A stretch of DNA of 63,848 bases, filler included, from an uncultured bacterium (GTDB taxonomy: Bacteria > Auribacterota > CAZIXI01): assembly GCA_964543115.1 (NCBI GenBank). It is 5 parts of 5 records of this genome, joined end to end, with 100 filler letters (N's around TTAATTAATTAA, not from the genome) between each part and the next. Parts side by side here need not be neighbours in the genome. Positions count along the whole stretch, not along the records: positions 39,007 to 51,811 come from CAZIXI010000076.1; 4 more parts are not named here. One strand, 5' to 3'. The notes below the pieces were generated by a model. That model had not been told where the DNA came from and did not search any database. It worked only from the letters and a program-made list of their open reading frames with translations. Numbering within the stretch: position 1 is the first letter of the stretch; the number at the start of each line of letters is the position of its first letter. The translations under genes and the position numbers were made by a program. Below, in pieces: positions 39,832 to 49,474 of this stretch.

Positions 39832-40725
39832 TTAAAAAGTTACCTGGCCCAATTGGATACCCTTGGTAATATAGCGCTGGTTACAAATATAGACTGTTAT
39901 TATTGGGAGCAGGACCAGAATACTCCCGGCCATCAGCAGTGTCCAGTCGGTGGTGTGCAGCCCCTGAAACCATTGGAGCAGGACAGAGAGCGGCATTAAC
40001 CGGGTGTCATTGGCAATAATAAGCGGCCAGAGATAGTTTTTCCAGGAGTTCATAAAGGTAAATGTGGCCAGGGTAGCCAGGGCGGGCTTGGCCAGGGGCA
40101 TAATAATCTTAAGATATACGTTAAAATGGTTACAGCCGTCCATCTGGGCAGCGGCCTCAAAATCATCCGGAATAGTCATAAAGAACTGCCGCAGGAGAAA
40201 GGTGCCGTAGGCTGAGAAACAGTTGGGAATAATAAGGGCAAAATAAGAATCTAGCCCTAAGGGTTTTCCCAAATATACCTTGCCCAAATAGAGGGGAGTG
40301 GACCAGAATTGCGTGCGAAAGAACTGATTGAGGGCTTCCGGCAGGAGACGGATAAGCATAAATACGGGAATCATTATCACGTGGAAGGGTACCATCATTG
40401 TTCCCAGATAAAGAAAAAATATTTTGTCCCGTCCGGGGAATTTCAAGCGCGAAAAAGCGTAAGCGGCCAGAGAACAGGTTATTAATTGACCCAGGGTGAT
40501 GCTGATGGAGATAAAGAGGCTGTTTCCGTATCCGCGCCCAAAAGGCACTGCCTGCCAGGCAAGTTTATAATTGGCCCAGACGGCTTTTTCCGGCAGCCAT
40601 TTAGGCGGCCAGGTAAAGACCTCATCCGGCTGTTTCAGGGAAGTGCTCACCATCCAAAAAAACGGCAAAAGGATGATGATGGTGATCACGATGAGTAATA
40701 GGTAAATTAAAATTTTATTAGTCAT
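39832..40725 (-). CDS. Carbohydrate ABC transporter permease (MalG-like)
   Basis: PFFWMVSTSLK, AAYAFSRLKFPGRD, FLLRQFFMTIP.DFEAAAQMDG EAA loop. Confidence 0.93.
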   Translation of the reverse strand: MTNKILIYLLLIVITIIILLPFFWMVSTSLKQPDEVFTWPPKWLPEKAVWANYKLAWQAVPFGRGYGNSLFISISITLGQLITCSLAAYAFSRLKFPGRDKIFFLYLGTMMVPFHVIMIPVFMLIRLLPEALNQFFRTQFWSTPLYLGKVYLGKPLGLDSYFALIIPNCFSAYGTFLLRQFFMTIPDDFEAAAQMDGCNHFNVYLKIIMPLAKPALATLATFTFMNSWKNYLWPLIIANDTRLMPLSVLLQWFQGLHTTDWTLLMAGSILVLLPIITVYICNQRYITKGIQLGQVTF

Positions 40726-40727
40726 TT

Positions 40728-41675
40728 TTATCTGTAATATACTTTCCTTGAGCCGTAGCGCCAGCTGATGGCGGTAATTAATGCCGTGATTAAGAATAAC
40801 ATCCAGGCAACACTGCAGGCATAGCCCATATGGTTCCAGACATAGGCCTGGTGGTAGATATAGTAACTGATTGTGGTTGTGGCGCCGGCCGGACCGCCTT
40901 TAGTCATGATATGTGCCTGTTGGAATCCGCCTTGAAAACCGTTAATCAGGTTCATAATTAGAATGAAAAATGTGGTAGGGCCCAGCAGGGGCCAGGTAAT
41001 ATAACGGAATTTAGCCCAATGGCCGGTACCATCGAGTGCAGCAGCTTCATAAAACTGTTGCGGGATGTTTTGCAGGGCGGCCAGATAAAGGATAAGGTTC
41101 AAACCGCCCATTTCGGTCCAGATATTCATCAGGATAAACGCTGGTTTGGCCCAGGCCGGACTGCCCAGCCATCTGGGGCCGGATAATGTTCCCAGGCTAA
41201 GTTTATTGAGTAAAAGATTGCAGAGGCCGAAATCAGCATTAAAAATCCAGCGCCAGAGCATGTAAAGAGCGGTACCGACACAGATGGTGGGAAGGAAATA
41301 TGCTGTTCTGAAGATGGATATTCCCTTTATTGGTTTGTTAAGCAGTAGTGCCAGGAACAAGGAGAGGGCCATTGACGGGGGAATCTTAAGCATCAGGATC
41401 AGGGTGTTCCAGAGTGACTGCCAGAACTGAGGATCATTGGCTTTGAGGATTCCTTCATCCCGGTGAAAACCCAGGAGCCCCGTGAAATTTCCCAGGCCGG
41501 TAAATTTCCATGCCGGTATCCCGGCTGTCTGCAACAAGTCACATTCGAAGAAACTGAGGAAGAGTGAAAAGAGAATGGGGATAGAAACAAAAATTAAAAA
41601 ACCAATGAAATTAGGAGCGAGAAAAAGAAGACCAGAGGAAAGATCAGAAGGGGCTTTATCTTTGCGACGTTCCAC
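40728..41675 (-). CDS. Carbohydrate ABC transporter permease (MalF-like)
   Basis: FLAPNFIGF, FRTAYFLP, YLAALQNIP..FYEAAALDG, GPAGAT. Confidence 0.93.
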   Translation of the reverse strand: MERRKDKAPSDLSSGLLFLAPNFIGFLIFVSIPILFSLFLSFFECDLLQTAGIPAWKFTGLGNFTGLLGFHRDEGILKANDPQFWQSLWNTLILMLKIPPSMALSLFLALLLNKPIKGISIFRTAYFLPTICVGTALYMLWRWIFNADFGLCNLLLNKLSLGTLSGPRWLGSPAWAKPAFILMNIWTEMGGLNLILYLAALQNIPQQFYEAAALDGTGHWAKFRYITWPLLGPTTFFILIMNLINGFQGGFQQAHIMTKGGPAGATTTISYYIYHQAYVWNHMGYACSVAWMLFLITALITAISWRYGSRKVYYR

Positions 41676-41747
41676 AGGATTTATCCAAATATTGCTTAAC
41701 TGATACGTCTAATAGAATTTCTTTAGTTCAATTGAAAAACATTAATT

Positions 41748-43175
41748 TTATGCTTTCTTTCTTTGATTCGAAGAGGGAATGCCCAGTTCCTGGCGGTACT
41801 TGGCCACCGTCCGCCTGGCGATTTTTATTCCTTCCGCCTTCAGCTTGTTGATAATTTCCTGATCGCTAAGGGGATGAGTGGTATCTTCCTCTTTGATCAT
41901 TGCTTCGATTTTTTGTTTCAGGTTTACGGTGGAGATCATTTCACCGCTTTCAGTTTGAATACCGCTGGAGAAAAAGTATTTAAACTGCAAAACGCCGCGT
42001 GGAGTTTGAATATATTTTCCGGCAATAGCCCGGCTGATCGTAGATTCATGCAGGTTGACCGCGCTGGCTATCTGCTGCATGGTCAGGGGTTTAAGCAGGG
42101 AGGGTCCTTCAGCGAGGAATTCCCGTTGTTCCTTAACTATTTCATTAGAGATTTTTGAGATCGTCTGCTGGCGTTGATGGATGTTTTTAATGATCCAGTT
42201 GCCGGCCATTAATTTATTTTTAATATACTCCCGGGTTTCCGGCGGAGTATCCTTACGGCTGAGCAGTTCGCGGTAGAGTTTACTGATTCGCAGGTGCGGG
42301 ATGCGTTCGTCATTCAGGGTGACAACATATTCATCGCCGACTTTTTCGACGAAAACCTCGGGGGTGACATAATGGGCCTTTTCGGTAGAAAAAGCCAGGC
42401 CTGGTTTGGGGTCCAGGGTGGTAATAAACTCTACTTCTTTTCTGATCTGGGTTTCGTCAACCCCCAATTCCTGGGCGATCTGTTGATATTTATGTTGGCC
42501 GACAAGATCCAGGTGGTTTTCAATAATTTTCATTGCCAGGGGATTGGTTTTACCAAGACGTTCCATTTGCAGCAGCAGACATTCTTTAATGTTGCGGGCA
42601 CCCACGCCGATGGGATTGAATGTCTGGATCAGGGCGATAATCTTTTCCAGCTTATCTTTTCCTACTTTGGCCGTAACTGCCAGTTCTTCCGCGCCTACCT
42701 TCAGGTAACCGTTGTCGTCGATATTGCCGATAACGAGTTCACCCAGTTTGCGTTGTTCCGGATCTTCGGTAAACATTCCCAGTTGCGCGGAGAGATGGTC
42801 GTGCAGGGATTCCTGGGTGGTAATAGAGTCCAGCATGAATTTACGTTTCTCTTCGTCCTGCTGGGTGATCTTCCGGAAAGAGCCGCTTTGACGGAAATAA
42901 TCTTTCCATTCGTCATCGAGCTTGGTTAGCACGTCAAATTCCTCTTTAAACTGCAGTTCGCTTTCGTGTTCGGAATCAGGTTGTTCTGTGGTTTCCGTTG
43001 TGGGTGTTTCCTGAGTCATTGACTCTTCCAGAACGGGATTGGTATCGAGTTCCTGCTGGATCAGTGCCTGTAGTTCCAGCAGAGGCATTTGCAGCATATA
43101 TATTGCTTGCTGCATCTGGGGAGTGAGAATCATTTTTTGTGTCTGTTTTTGCAGCATTTCAAATCTTTGGGCCAT
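41748..43175 (-). CDS. rpoN: RNA polymerase sigma-54 factor
   Basis: Gln-rich region I (LTPQMQQAI..LQ), HESTISRA HTH, ARRTVAKYR RpoN box. Start MAQRF at 43175 with GGAGGT RBS. Confidence 0.97.
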   Translation of the reverse strand: MAQRFEMLQKQTQKMILTPQMQQAIYMLQMPLLELQALIQQELDTNPVLEESMTQETPTTETTEQPDSEHESELQFKEEFDVLTKLDDEWKDYFRQSGSFRKITQQDEEKRKFMLDSITTQESLHDHLSAQLGMFTEDPEQRKLGELVIGNIDDNGYLKVGAEELAVTAKVGKDKLEKIIALIQTFNPIGVGARNIKECLLLQMERLGKTNPLAMKIIENHLDLVGQHKYQQIAQELGVDETQIRKEVEFITTLDPKPGLAFSTEKAHYVTPEVFVEKVGDEYVVTLNDERIPHLRISKLYRELLSRKDTPPETREYIKNKLMAGNWIIKNIHQRQQTISKISNEIVKEQREFLAEGPSLLKPLTMQQIASAVNLHESTISRAIAGKYIQTPRGVLQFKYFFSSGIQTESGEMISTVNLKQKIEAMIKEEDTTHPLSDQEIINKLKAEGIKIARRTVAKYRQELGIPSSNQRKKA

Positions 43176-43298
43176 AATATGGTACCTCCTAATCAATATA
43201 ATACTAAAAAAATGCGGGAAAGACAATCAAAAAATGATTATTGATTATTTTAGTTACTGTATATTTTTCCCTCACAATAGCAATAAATTCATTAGCCC

Positions 43299-43327
43299 TT
43301 GACAACTGCCTTTTTTTATGGCATATT
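43299..43327 (+). promoter_or_regulatory. Sigma70-type promoter TTGACA-N17-CATATT
   Basis: CCTTGACAA-N15-GCATATTATAG is shared exactly with 5952-5986. Confidence 0.6.
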
Positions 43328-43380
43328 ATAGGTGTATGATAAAACAAATATACTAAAAAAATAAAATAAGGGGATTTTTT

Positions 43381-45006
43381 ATGAAATCTATATCTTTATT
43401 TTTGGCCAAAATTTTTATTATTATAATAATTATATCCTTCTCTCTGCCCGGTTACGCTCGTAAGAGGCTGCAAATCGGCAAGGAAAAACCTATTGAGCAA
43501 AGCGCCACCCTGCCGGAAACTTCTCAGGTAATCAAAAAGGCCCTAACCGATCCGGCTGAGATACGTATACCCGATAAGATCGGTGTAGTTAAAGAAACCT
43601 GGGTGCCCAAAGTGAGGTCTACTGATAGGATCCTCATCCATGTCCAGGACGCTCACTGTAATTATGAGGCGCAGAATAATATCGCCCAGATTCTCGATAA
43701 GCTGATGGGGGAATACGGGGATCAATTAACACTGGTGGCGGTAGAGGGTTCGGTGGGCATTATTGATACCAGCCCGTTCGCGGAGTTTTCTGACGCGGAA
43801 ATAAAAAAAGAAGTGGCGGATTACTTTATGAAAAAGGGGAAGATCACCGGACCGGAATTTTTGTCCATTACCGGTGATCATAGCTTTACCATTTATGGTA
43901 TTGAAAGAAAAGATCTTTACGACAGAAACTACAAGGCCTTTCTGGACTCATTGCCGTTTCGTGACGAGTCGGAAAAGGTTTGCGGCAATCTCCTGGGTAT
44001 CTTGAATCAACTAAAAGGGCATATCTACAGCAAGGAACTCAAAGAATACGATCAACAGTTAAAAGGCTATCATGACGGGGAGACCAGTTTTCTGGATTAT
44101 GTGGCCATTCTGGAGAAATGGGCCGGTAAAGAAGGTGTTTCTCTGGCGCAGTTCCCCAATTTCGCGATCCTGCAGCAGGTGCAGAAGATAGAGAAGGGCA
44201 TCGATTTTAAGAAAGTGGAACGGGAACGGTCACGGTTGATCGATAAACTGGGCAAATTATTGGGTAAGACCCAGAAACAGGATCTGGTGCTTAAGAGTCT
44301 GCATTTTAAACTGGGGAAGATGACCCCGGCAGAATATTACAATTACCTGCAGGAGATGATCAAGGATCATTCCGGGATTGCCCAGGCCGATTATCCGGAT
44401 TTATTCGGCTATATGGAGTATGTGTCGCTCAATGATAAAATGGATAAAACCAAATTGTTTAAAGAATGTACCGCTGTAGAGACCCTGATTGCCGAAAAAC
44501 TGTTTGCCGATGAAAACCAGCGTAAATTATTTACCCTGTCCCGGCACGTGGGTATGCTGCACCGGATGTTTAAACTGGAACTGGTTAAAGAGGATTACTT
44601 GTATTTTAAGGAGCATAAGGGGGAATTTCAGGTAGATACGTTCATGGAGTTTATTAAGATCCAGGCGCCGCGGTTTGGTGTGGCCTTTACCGAGGATGCC
44701 AGTATGTATGACATTGATAAGAATATGCCGATTATCGAAGAATTTTATGAAGCGGCGATTGTGCGCGATGATGTGTTGGTGAACAATACCCTGGCCCGGA
44801 TGGAACGGGACGGGGTGGAGATAAGCGTTATTATTACCGGCGGGTTTCATACGCCGGGGATAACGGATATTTTCCGTGAAAAAGATATCGCCTACGCGGT
44901 GATCAGCCCGATGATCACCAAGGTACAGGAATACAATCCCTACATCGACATCATGACCAACAAGAAAACCCCGTTCGAAGAATTCCTCGAACAGCTGGGG
45001 GAATAA
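43381..45006 (+). CDS. Secreted 541-aa protein, probable TIKI/TraB/EreA/ChaN-like fold
   Basis: Signal peptide, IHVQDAH, VAVEG, YGIE, RD...N, ITGGFH. The H-E...R...GxxH order resembles that superfamily (inference). Confidence 0.55.
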   Translation: MKSISLFLAKIFIIIIIISFSLPGYARKRLQIGKEKPIEQSATLPETSQVIKKALTDPAEIRIPDKIGVVKETWVPKVRSTDRILIHVQDAHCNYEAQNNIAQILDKLMGEYGDQLTLVAVEGSVGIIDTSPFAEFSDAEIKKEVADYFMKKGKITGPEFLSITGDHSFTIYGIERKDLYDRNYKAFLDSLPFRDESEKVCGNLLGILNQLKGHIYSKELKEYDQQLKGYHDGETSFLDYVAILEKWAGKEGVSLAQFPNFAILQQVQKIEKGIDFKKVERERSRLIDKLGKLLGKTQKQDLVLKSLHFKLGKMTPAEYYNYLQEMIKDHSGIAQADYPDLFGYMEYVSLNDKMDKTKLFKECTAVETLIAEKLFADENQRKLFTLSRHVGMLHRMFKLELVKEDYLYFKEHKGEFQVDTFMEFIKIQAPRFGVAFTEDASMYDIDKNMPIIEEFYEAAIVRDDVLVNNTLARMERDGVEISVIITGGFHTPGITDIFREKDIAYAVISPMITKVQEYNPYIDIMTNKKTPFEEFLEQLGE

Positions 45007-45029
45007 AATAATAGGATTGAAAAATTATC

Positions 45030-45062
45030 AAGCCCTATTCTGAAAAGAATAGGGCTTTTTTT
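45030..45062 (+). terminator. Rho-independent terminator
   Basis: AAGCCCTATTCT-GAAA-AGAATAGGGCTT followed by a T run, between convergent genes. Confidence 0.85.
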
Positions 45063-47142
45063 ATGGGGTGTCGTACCAGGTGTCAACCTGTGAGCCATCA
45101 TCCTGGATTTCGGTTTTACGGCCTATGTAGTGATAATCACGAAAACGGGCTTGATAATTATCACTATCGTAGGCATAACCGCCCCTGGTTGTGCCTACCG
45201 GATAGTCGGTTATTCCCCACCACAGGTAAGTGTAGATAGTAATGTTAGAATCAAAACCTGTGAGACCGGTTAAATCAATAGCCGTGTAGTCATAACTGCC
45301 GTCACTGAGCGGAGTAAGGGCTAGAAGGATTTTTTGTAAGGCGCCGTTGTAATCGGTATTACCGTCATAGTCGTCATCCACAATAATTACCTCATCCCAG
45401 CTGAGGCGATCCCAGTGCGGACCATAGCTGATGTTTAATATCCAGTGTTTTGTGAAGACTCCGGTTGAGGTTAGGGACTCTGATATTATTTGCTCCACGA
45501 ATCCATAGTCATCGTAAAAGTATTCAGTAGTTTCGGTGGTTCTTACCCCGTCTACCGTGCTGACTTCAACTGTGGTTTTTAACTGGCCGAAAGAATCGTA
45601 AGTGCAGGTGACTGCATAGGTAACGCCATCAGTAACTTTGGTGTAGCTAGTTGCTTGAAAGTTGGAATTATAAACATAATTTGAATAAATAGATATTGTT
45701 CTAATTCCATCAATTGTTTCAGTTACTGTTTTGTTGGTTATGCGGCCCAGACTGTCATATAACACTCCGCTGTAAGTTGTGCTGATTGTGAGTCCGCGGA
45801 TATTGGAATTAACCTGCCATGAGGTGCGCTGGCCGAGAGAATTGTAGTTAATGTTTCGAAAATTATAAAGCTCGATTTCTTTAAAGGTGCTGCCGGTTCG
45901 GCTTTTGATTTTTCTTCTCAAGTTGTATTCTGAAATAGTGTTGTTGCTATAGTTTACTTTAGCGCCATAGTATCTGTCTTCATATTCAACTCCCCGGATG
46001 GCTAATATGGTTGTTGCACTCTCTAAAATTGCCCGCATGCCCCAGTTTTCGAAACGCTTTGTGGAATCATAAACATGTCTCCATTCTGGTCCTACTCTTT
46101 CGTCCAGTGATACGGGGTGTTTTTCTTCTACTCTAAAGTATTTTGTATCACTTAGTTTGTTTGTTTCTGCTGCTTGGAACTCGGTTGTTAAAGTGCTGTC
46201 AGTATAATAATGTGTTTCAGATTCTTGTGTTTTAATAGCGCCGTCAACTTCGCCGGCTACGTTACTGGTCGCGGTGTTATTAGTATAGTATGTGGTGTTA
46301 GAAGTAAGCGTTTGTACGGTCCGGGTGGTTTTAGCTTCTACTTGTTTTACGACAGAATTTGAGGCGGTGAAGCTGTCAGCCGGCCCTTTTGTCCGCCCTG
46401 AAACATATTCATAAATCCTATTGGCAGTATCAGTAACATCAAGGGAGTTTATTAGCTGTCCTACCAGGGGAAAGTCATCGAAAACGATTTTAGTTGTTTC
46501 CAGGTGACCTGTAGCGCGGTCATTTGCATCATATGTGATGTTTTCCAGCTTTGAATAATCTACGGCGCCATTATTGTCAAAAACAAGTTGTATATACTGA
46601 GTTGCTCCGCCACTTGTTTCTGTATTGTTTGATATAAATTGGGTGGTGTCAGTATATTTCCTGTCGAAATTTATCGTTGTTACCCAATTGCCTAGATCAG
46701 TTTGACTTTTTTCAATGAAGGCGGCCAAGCGGCCGTTACACCATAAATTATTCATTAATCGATCTTTAGTCGGTATCCAGGTTCCGCTATAGCTGCCGAT
46801 GGTTGCCGCAACTTCATCTAAAGTTTCCAGGATTTTTTCTAGCTGTGTCTGCTTGTTCCTTTTTGCAGTTGCCAACTGTTTCGTTAATGTTTTTTCCATT
46901 GAACGTACGCTTTTATTAAATTTGCTGTTCCTTACTTTTGATCTGTTTTTCTGCATAACTTGTCGTCTTTTCTCTTGGTTTCTTTTTTGCTGGCTGTTTT
47001 TAGCGTCTTCAACCCTCATGAATTTGCTGCCTGTGTCAGTTTTACCGAAAGGATTGGCTTGACCGGTAGGGTTGGCGGAGAATGCCGGGGTGGTGGCTAA
47101 GAGGGTGAAGAGTGAGATGATAATAATAAGTTTTGTTTTCAT
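45061..47142 (-). CDS. Secreted 693-aa Thr/Tyr-rich protein with YD/RHS-like repeats
   Basis: Signal peptide, basic coiled coil, then NYNSLGQRT, LYDSLGRIT, TYDSFGQLK, YDDYGFVE, TYDANDRAT. Confidence 0.65.
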   Translation of the reverse strand: MKTKLIIIISLFTLLATTPAFSANPTGQANPFGKTDTGSKFMRVEDAKNSQQKRNQEKRRQVMQKNRSKVRNSKFNKSVRSMEKTLTKQLATAKRNKQTQLEKILETLDEVAATIGSYSGTWIPTKDRLMNNLWCNGRLAAFIEKSQTDLGNWVTTINFDRKYTDTTQFISNNTETSGGATQYIQLVFDNNGAVDYSKLENITYDANDRATGHLETTKIVFDDFPLVGQLINSLDVTDTANRIYEYVSGRTKGPADSFTASNSVVKQVEAKTTRTVQTLTSNTTYYTNNTATSNVAGEVDGAIKTQESETHYYTDSTLTTEFQAAETNKLSDTKYFRVEEKHPVSLDERVGPEWRHVYDSTKRFENWGMRAILESATTILAIRGVEYEDRYYGAKVNYSNNTISEYNLRRKIKSRTGSTFKEIELYNFRNINYNSLGQRTSWQVNSNIRGLTISTTYSGVLYDSLGRITNKTVTETIDGIRTISIYSNYVYNSNFQATSYTKVTDGVTYAVTCTYDSFGQLKTTVEVSTVDGVRTTETTEYFYDDYGFVEQIISESLTSTGVFTKHWILNISYGPHWDRLSWDEVIIVDDDYDGNTDYNGALQKILLALTPLSDGSYDYTAIDLTGLTGFDSNITIYTYLWWGITDYPVGTTRGGYAYDSDNYQARFRDYHYIGRKTEIQDDGSQVDTWYDTP

Positions 47143-47430
47143 GGCACCTGCCTTTGTCTTTATTTACGCGTAGTACGCATAGCGATCTCTATAATAATAT
47201 AACATATTTTAGTACTGTTTTCAAGATGTCAAGTTTTTGTCGGGTTTTTACCGGTTCTCACCCTATTTACCCTGCAAGAATCTTGCCAATACCGGGATAA
47301 AACAATATTATTTTATGTCTTTAAGAATTAAAGACTTATCTGCTTAAAATTTCGCCGAAAATGAGGGAAAGAGGGGGTGTGTAGTGCTCTAAGACAATAT
47401 AGTGTTTTATTATTGTACAAATGAACTCAA

Positions 47431-49098
47431 TTAAGCGGTTCTCGCTTGGTTGAGAAGGGTATGGGCGTGTTGCAGGGAGATTTTGCTTTCCCGCTCGCCG
47501 CTCATCATTTTAGCCAGTTCTTTTGTGCGCAGTTCCTCTTCCAGCAGGGTGATATTGACGTTGGTGCGGTTGTTTTTGGCGGTTTTGAATACCCGGTAAT
47601 GGGTATCGGCAAAAGAGGCGATTTGGGGCAGGTGGGTGATCAGGATCACCTGGCGGTTGCGGGAGATTTCACGCAGTTTCCGGCCGGTGATGGTGCCCAG
47701 CCGGCCGCCGATCTGGGCGTCTATCTCATCAAAGATCAGTACGGGAACAGGATCAACTTTGATCAGCGCCTTTTTCAGGGCCAGCATTACCCGGGCCGCT
47801 TCCCCCGAAGAGACGATTTCTGCCAGGGGTTTTAATTCTTCGCCGACATTCGGGCTGATATAAAATTCCACGCTGTCATAACCGTCCGGGTTCAACTCGG
47901 TTTTTCCTACGCGGCAGTCAAATTTAACCTTTTTTATGCCCAATTCACTTAGTTCTTTTTCAATGGTGACTTTAAGGGCCTGGGCGGTTTTTACTCTTCT
48001 TTCACTGATCTTTTTGGCAGCGGTAGTGGCGTCTTTTATTTTGGCGGCGATATTTTTTTTCAGTTCCGCCTGGTTGTTTTCCAGGTTGGTGAGCAGTGTG
48101 TATTTCTCTTTTATTTCCCGGTAATAAGCGCCGGCCTGTTCAATAGTAGGGCCGTATTTACGTAAAAGGTCAGTATAGATATCTCCCCGGGTATTAATAG
48201 CGCGGGCGGTATCCGGGTCAAAGGCCAGCCGGTCCAGATAATTCCTTAACTGCTGCAGTAATTCTTCGTTATTCTCTTTTAATTGACTGAGCAGTTCGGC
48301 CAGCGGCGCGGTGGATTGATCGGTATCGGTGAGGGTGCGCATGGAGCTGAAGGCCCGGCCCAGCAGTTCGGAAATGCCGTATTCATTGCCTTCCAGAATA
48401 TTGATTAGTTCCGTAGAGGCGCGGCAAAGCCCTTCGGTGTTTTGCAGTCTTGTCTGTTCTTCCATACATTCTCTGTATTGTTTCGCGTCCAGGGGAACCT
48501 GTTCGAGTTCCTTGAGTTGATAGCTGAATAGATCAATTTCGCGTTCCCGGGAATTGGCGATTTTTTCCAGTTCCAGGGCCTTTTGCTGCAGGGCCTGATA
48601 GTTGAGGTATTTTTCTGTATAGGTTGTTTTTAATTTATTCAGATTGCTCAGCCGGTCAATGATCGCCAGATGAGATGATGGTGAGAGTAGCTGTTGATGG
48701 TCGTTCGGTCCGTGGAAATCAACCAGGTGATTGCCCAGTTCCCGTAGTTGGGCCAGGGTGACATTAAGGCCGTTTATTTTGTTTTTCTGCCGGCCGTCGT
48801 TATTATAGGTACGGTTAATAATCAGATTTGTTTCTCCGTCCGCAAGATAGTCGGAGAGCGCGGGAAATTCCGTAAGTATTTTGGGGGAGATATCGAAAAC
48901 CGCTTCGATTACACTGGGTTGTTCCGGCCGGCGGATCTGGCTGGTGTTCAGTTTTCCGCCCAGGGTGTACCGCAGGGCGTCAATCAGGATAGATTTACCG
49001 GCGCCGGTTTCTCCGGTCAGGATATTCAGCCCTTGTTGAAAATCTATCGTCAGCTGGTCAATTAAGGCGAAGTTCCTGATTGTTAGCTGGGACAGCAT
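47431..49098 (-). CDS. recN: DNA repair protein RecN
   Basis: LTGETGAGKS Walker A, SSGEAARVMLALK signature, LIFDEID, ITHLPQIA. Confidence 0.95.
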   Translation of the reverse strand: MLSQLTIRNFALIDQLTIDFQQGLNILTGETGAGKSILIDALRYTLGGKLNTSQIRRPEQPSVIEAVFDISPKILTEFPALSDYLADGETNLIINRTYNNDGRQKNKINGLNVTLAQLRELGNHLVDFHGPNDHQQLLSPSSHLAIIDRLSNLNKLKTTYTEKYLNYQALQQKALELEKIANSREREIDLFSYQLKELEQVPLDAKQYRECMEEQTRLQNTEGLCRASTELINILEGNEYGISELLGRAFSSMRTLTDTDQSTAPLAELLSQLKENNEELLQQLRNYLDRLAFDPDTARAINTRGDIYTDLLRKYGPTIEQAGAYYREIKEKYTLLTNLENNQAELKKNIAAKIKDATTAAKKISERRVKTAQALKVTIEKELSELGIKKVKFDCRVGKTELNPDGYDSVEFYISPNVGEELKPLAEIVSSGEAARVMLALKKALIKVDPVPVLIFDEIDAQIGGRLGTITGRKLREISRNRQVILITHLPQIASFADTHYRVFKTAKNNRTNVNITLLEEELRTKELAKMMSGERESKISLQHAHTLLNQARTA

Positions 49099-49103
49099 AA
49101 TTG

Positions 49104-49376
49104 TTAGGTTGCGCTGCTGATGGCGTTTACCTTTTTAGTTAATCTCGCTATATGGCGTGAGGCGTTATTTTTGTGGATGACCCCTTTTTGGGCTGTTGCC
49201 TGATAGGACTTGCTGACTTGTTTGAGCAATTCCTTTGCCTCAGTGGTTTTTTTGTCTTTGATTGAAGATAAGAGCTTCTTATTCAAGTCTTTAAGTCTTC
49301 TTTTTGTCCCGGTATTCTTGCTCTTTTTTCTGTCGTCTTGTTTAAGCTTTTTTTCCCGTGCTCTGTGCCATGCCAT
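49104..49376 (-). CDS. rpsT: 30S ribosomal protein S20
   Basis: 90 aa basic protein, KGVIHKNNASRH.ARL. GGAGGT RBS. Divergent from murJ. Confidence 0.88.
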   Translation of the reverse strand: MAWHRAREKKLKQDDRKKSKNTGTKRRLKDLNKKLLSSIKDKKTTEAKELLKQVSKSYQATAQKGVIHKNNASRHIARLTKKVNAISSAT

Positions 49377-49423
49377 AAGTTAACCTCCTGCTGGTGTTAA
49401 GTTGTATTTTATTTATGGCGTAT

Positions 49424-49453
49424 AACATAGCATTTAGTTATAATATGTGTCAA
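49424..49453 (-). promoter_or_regulatory. Putative rpsT-recN promoter
   Basis: Minus strand TTGACA-N18-TATGTT with TGn extension. Confidence 0.5.
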
Positions 49454-49474
49454 TAAAAATTAAATGGAGGAAAA

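Noticed and set aside
47142..47157. TGGCAC-CTGCC-TTTGT as a sigma54 -24/-12 promoter
   Set aside because: The -12 element does not match TTGC at the required spacing, and it points away from any plausible gene start.
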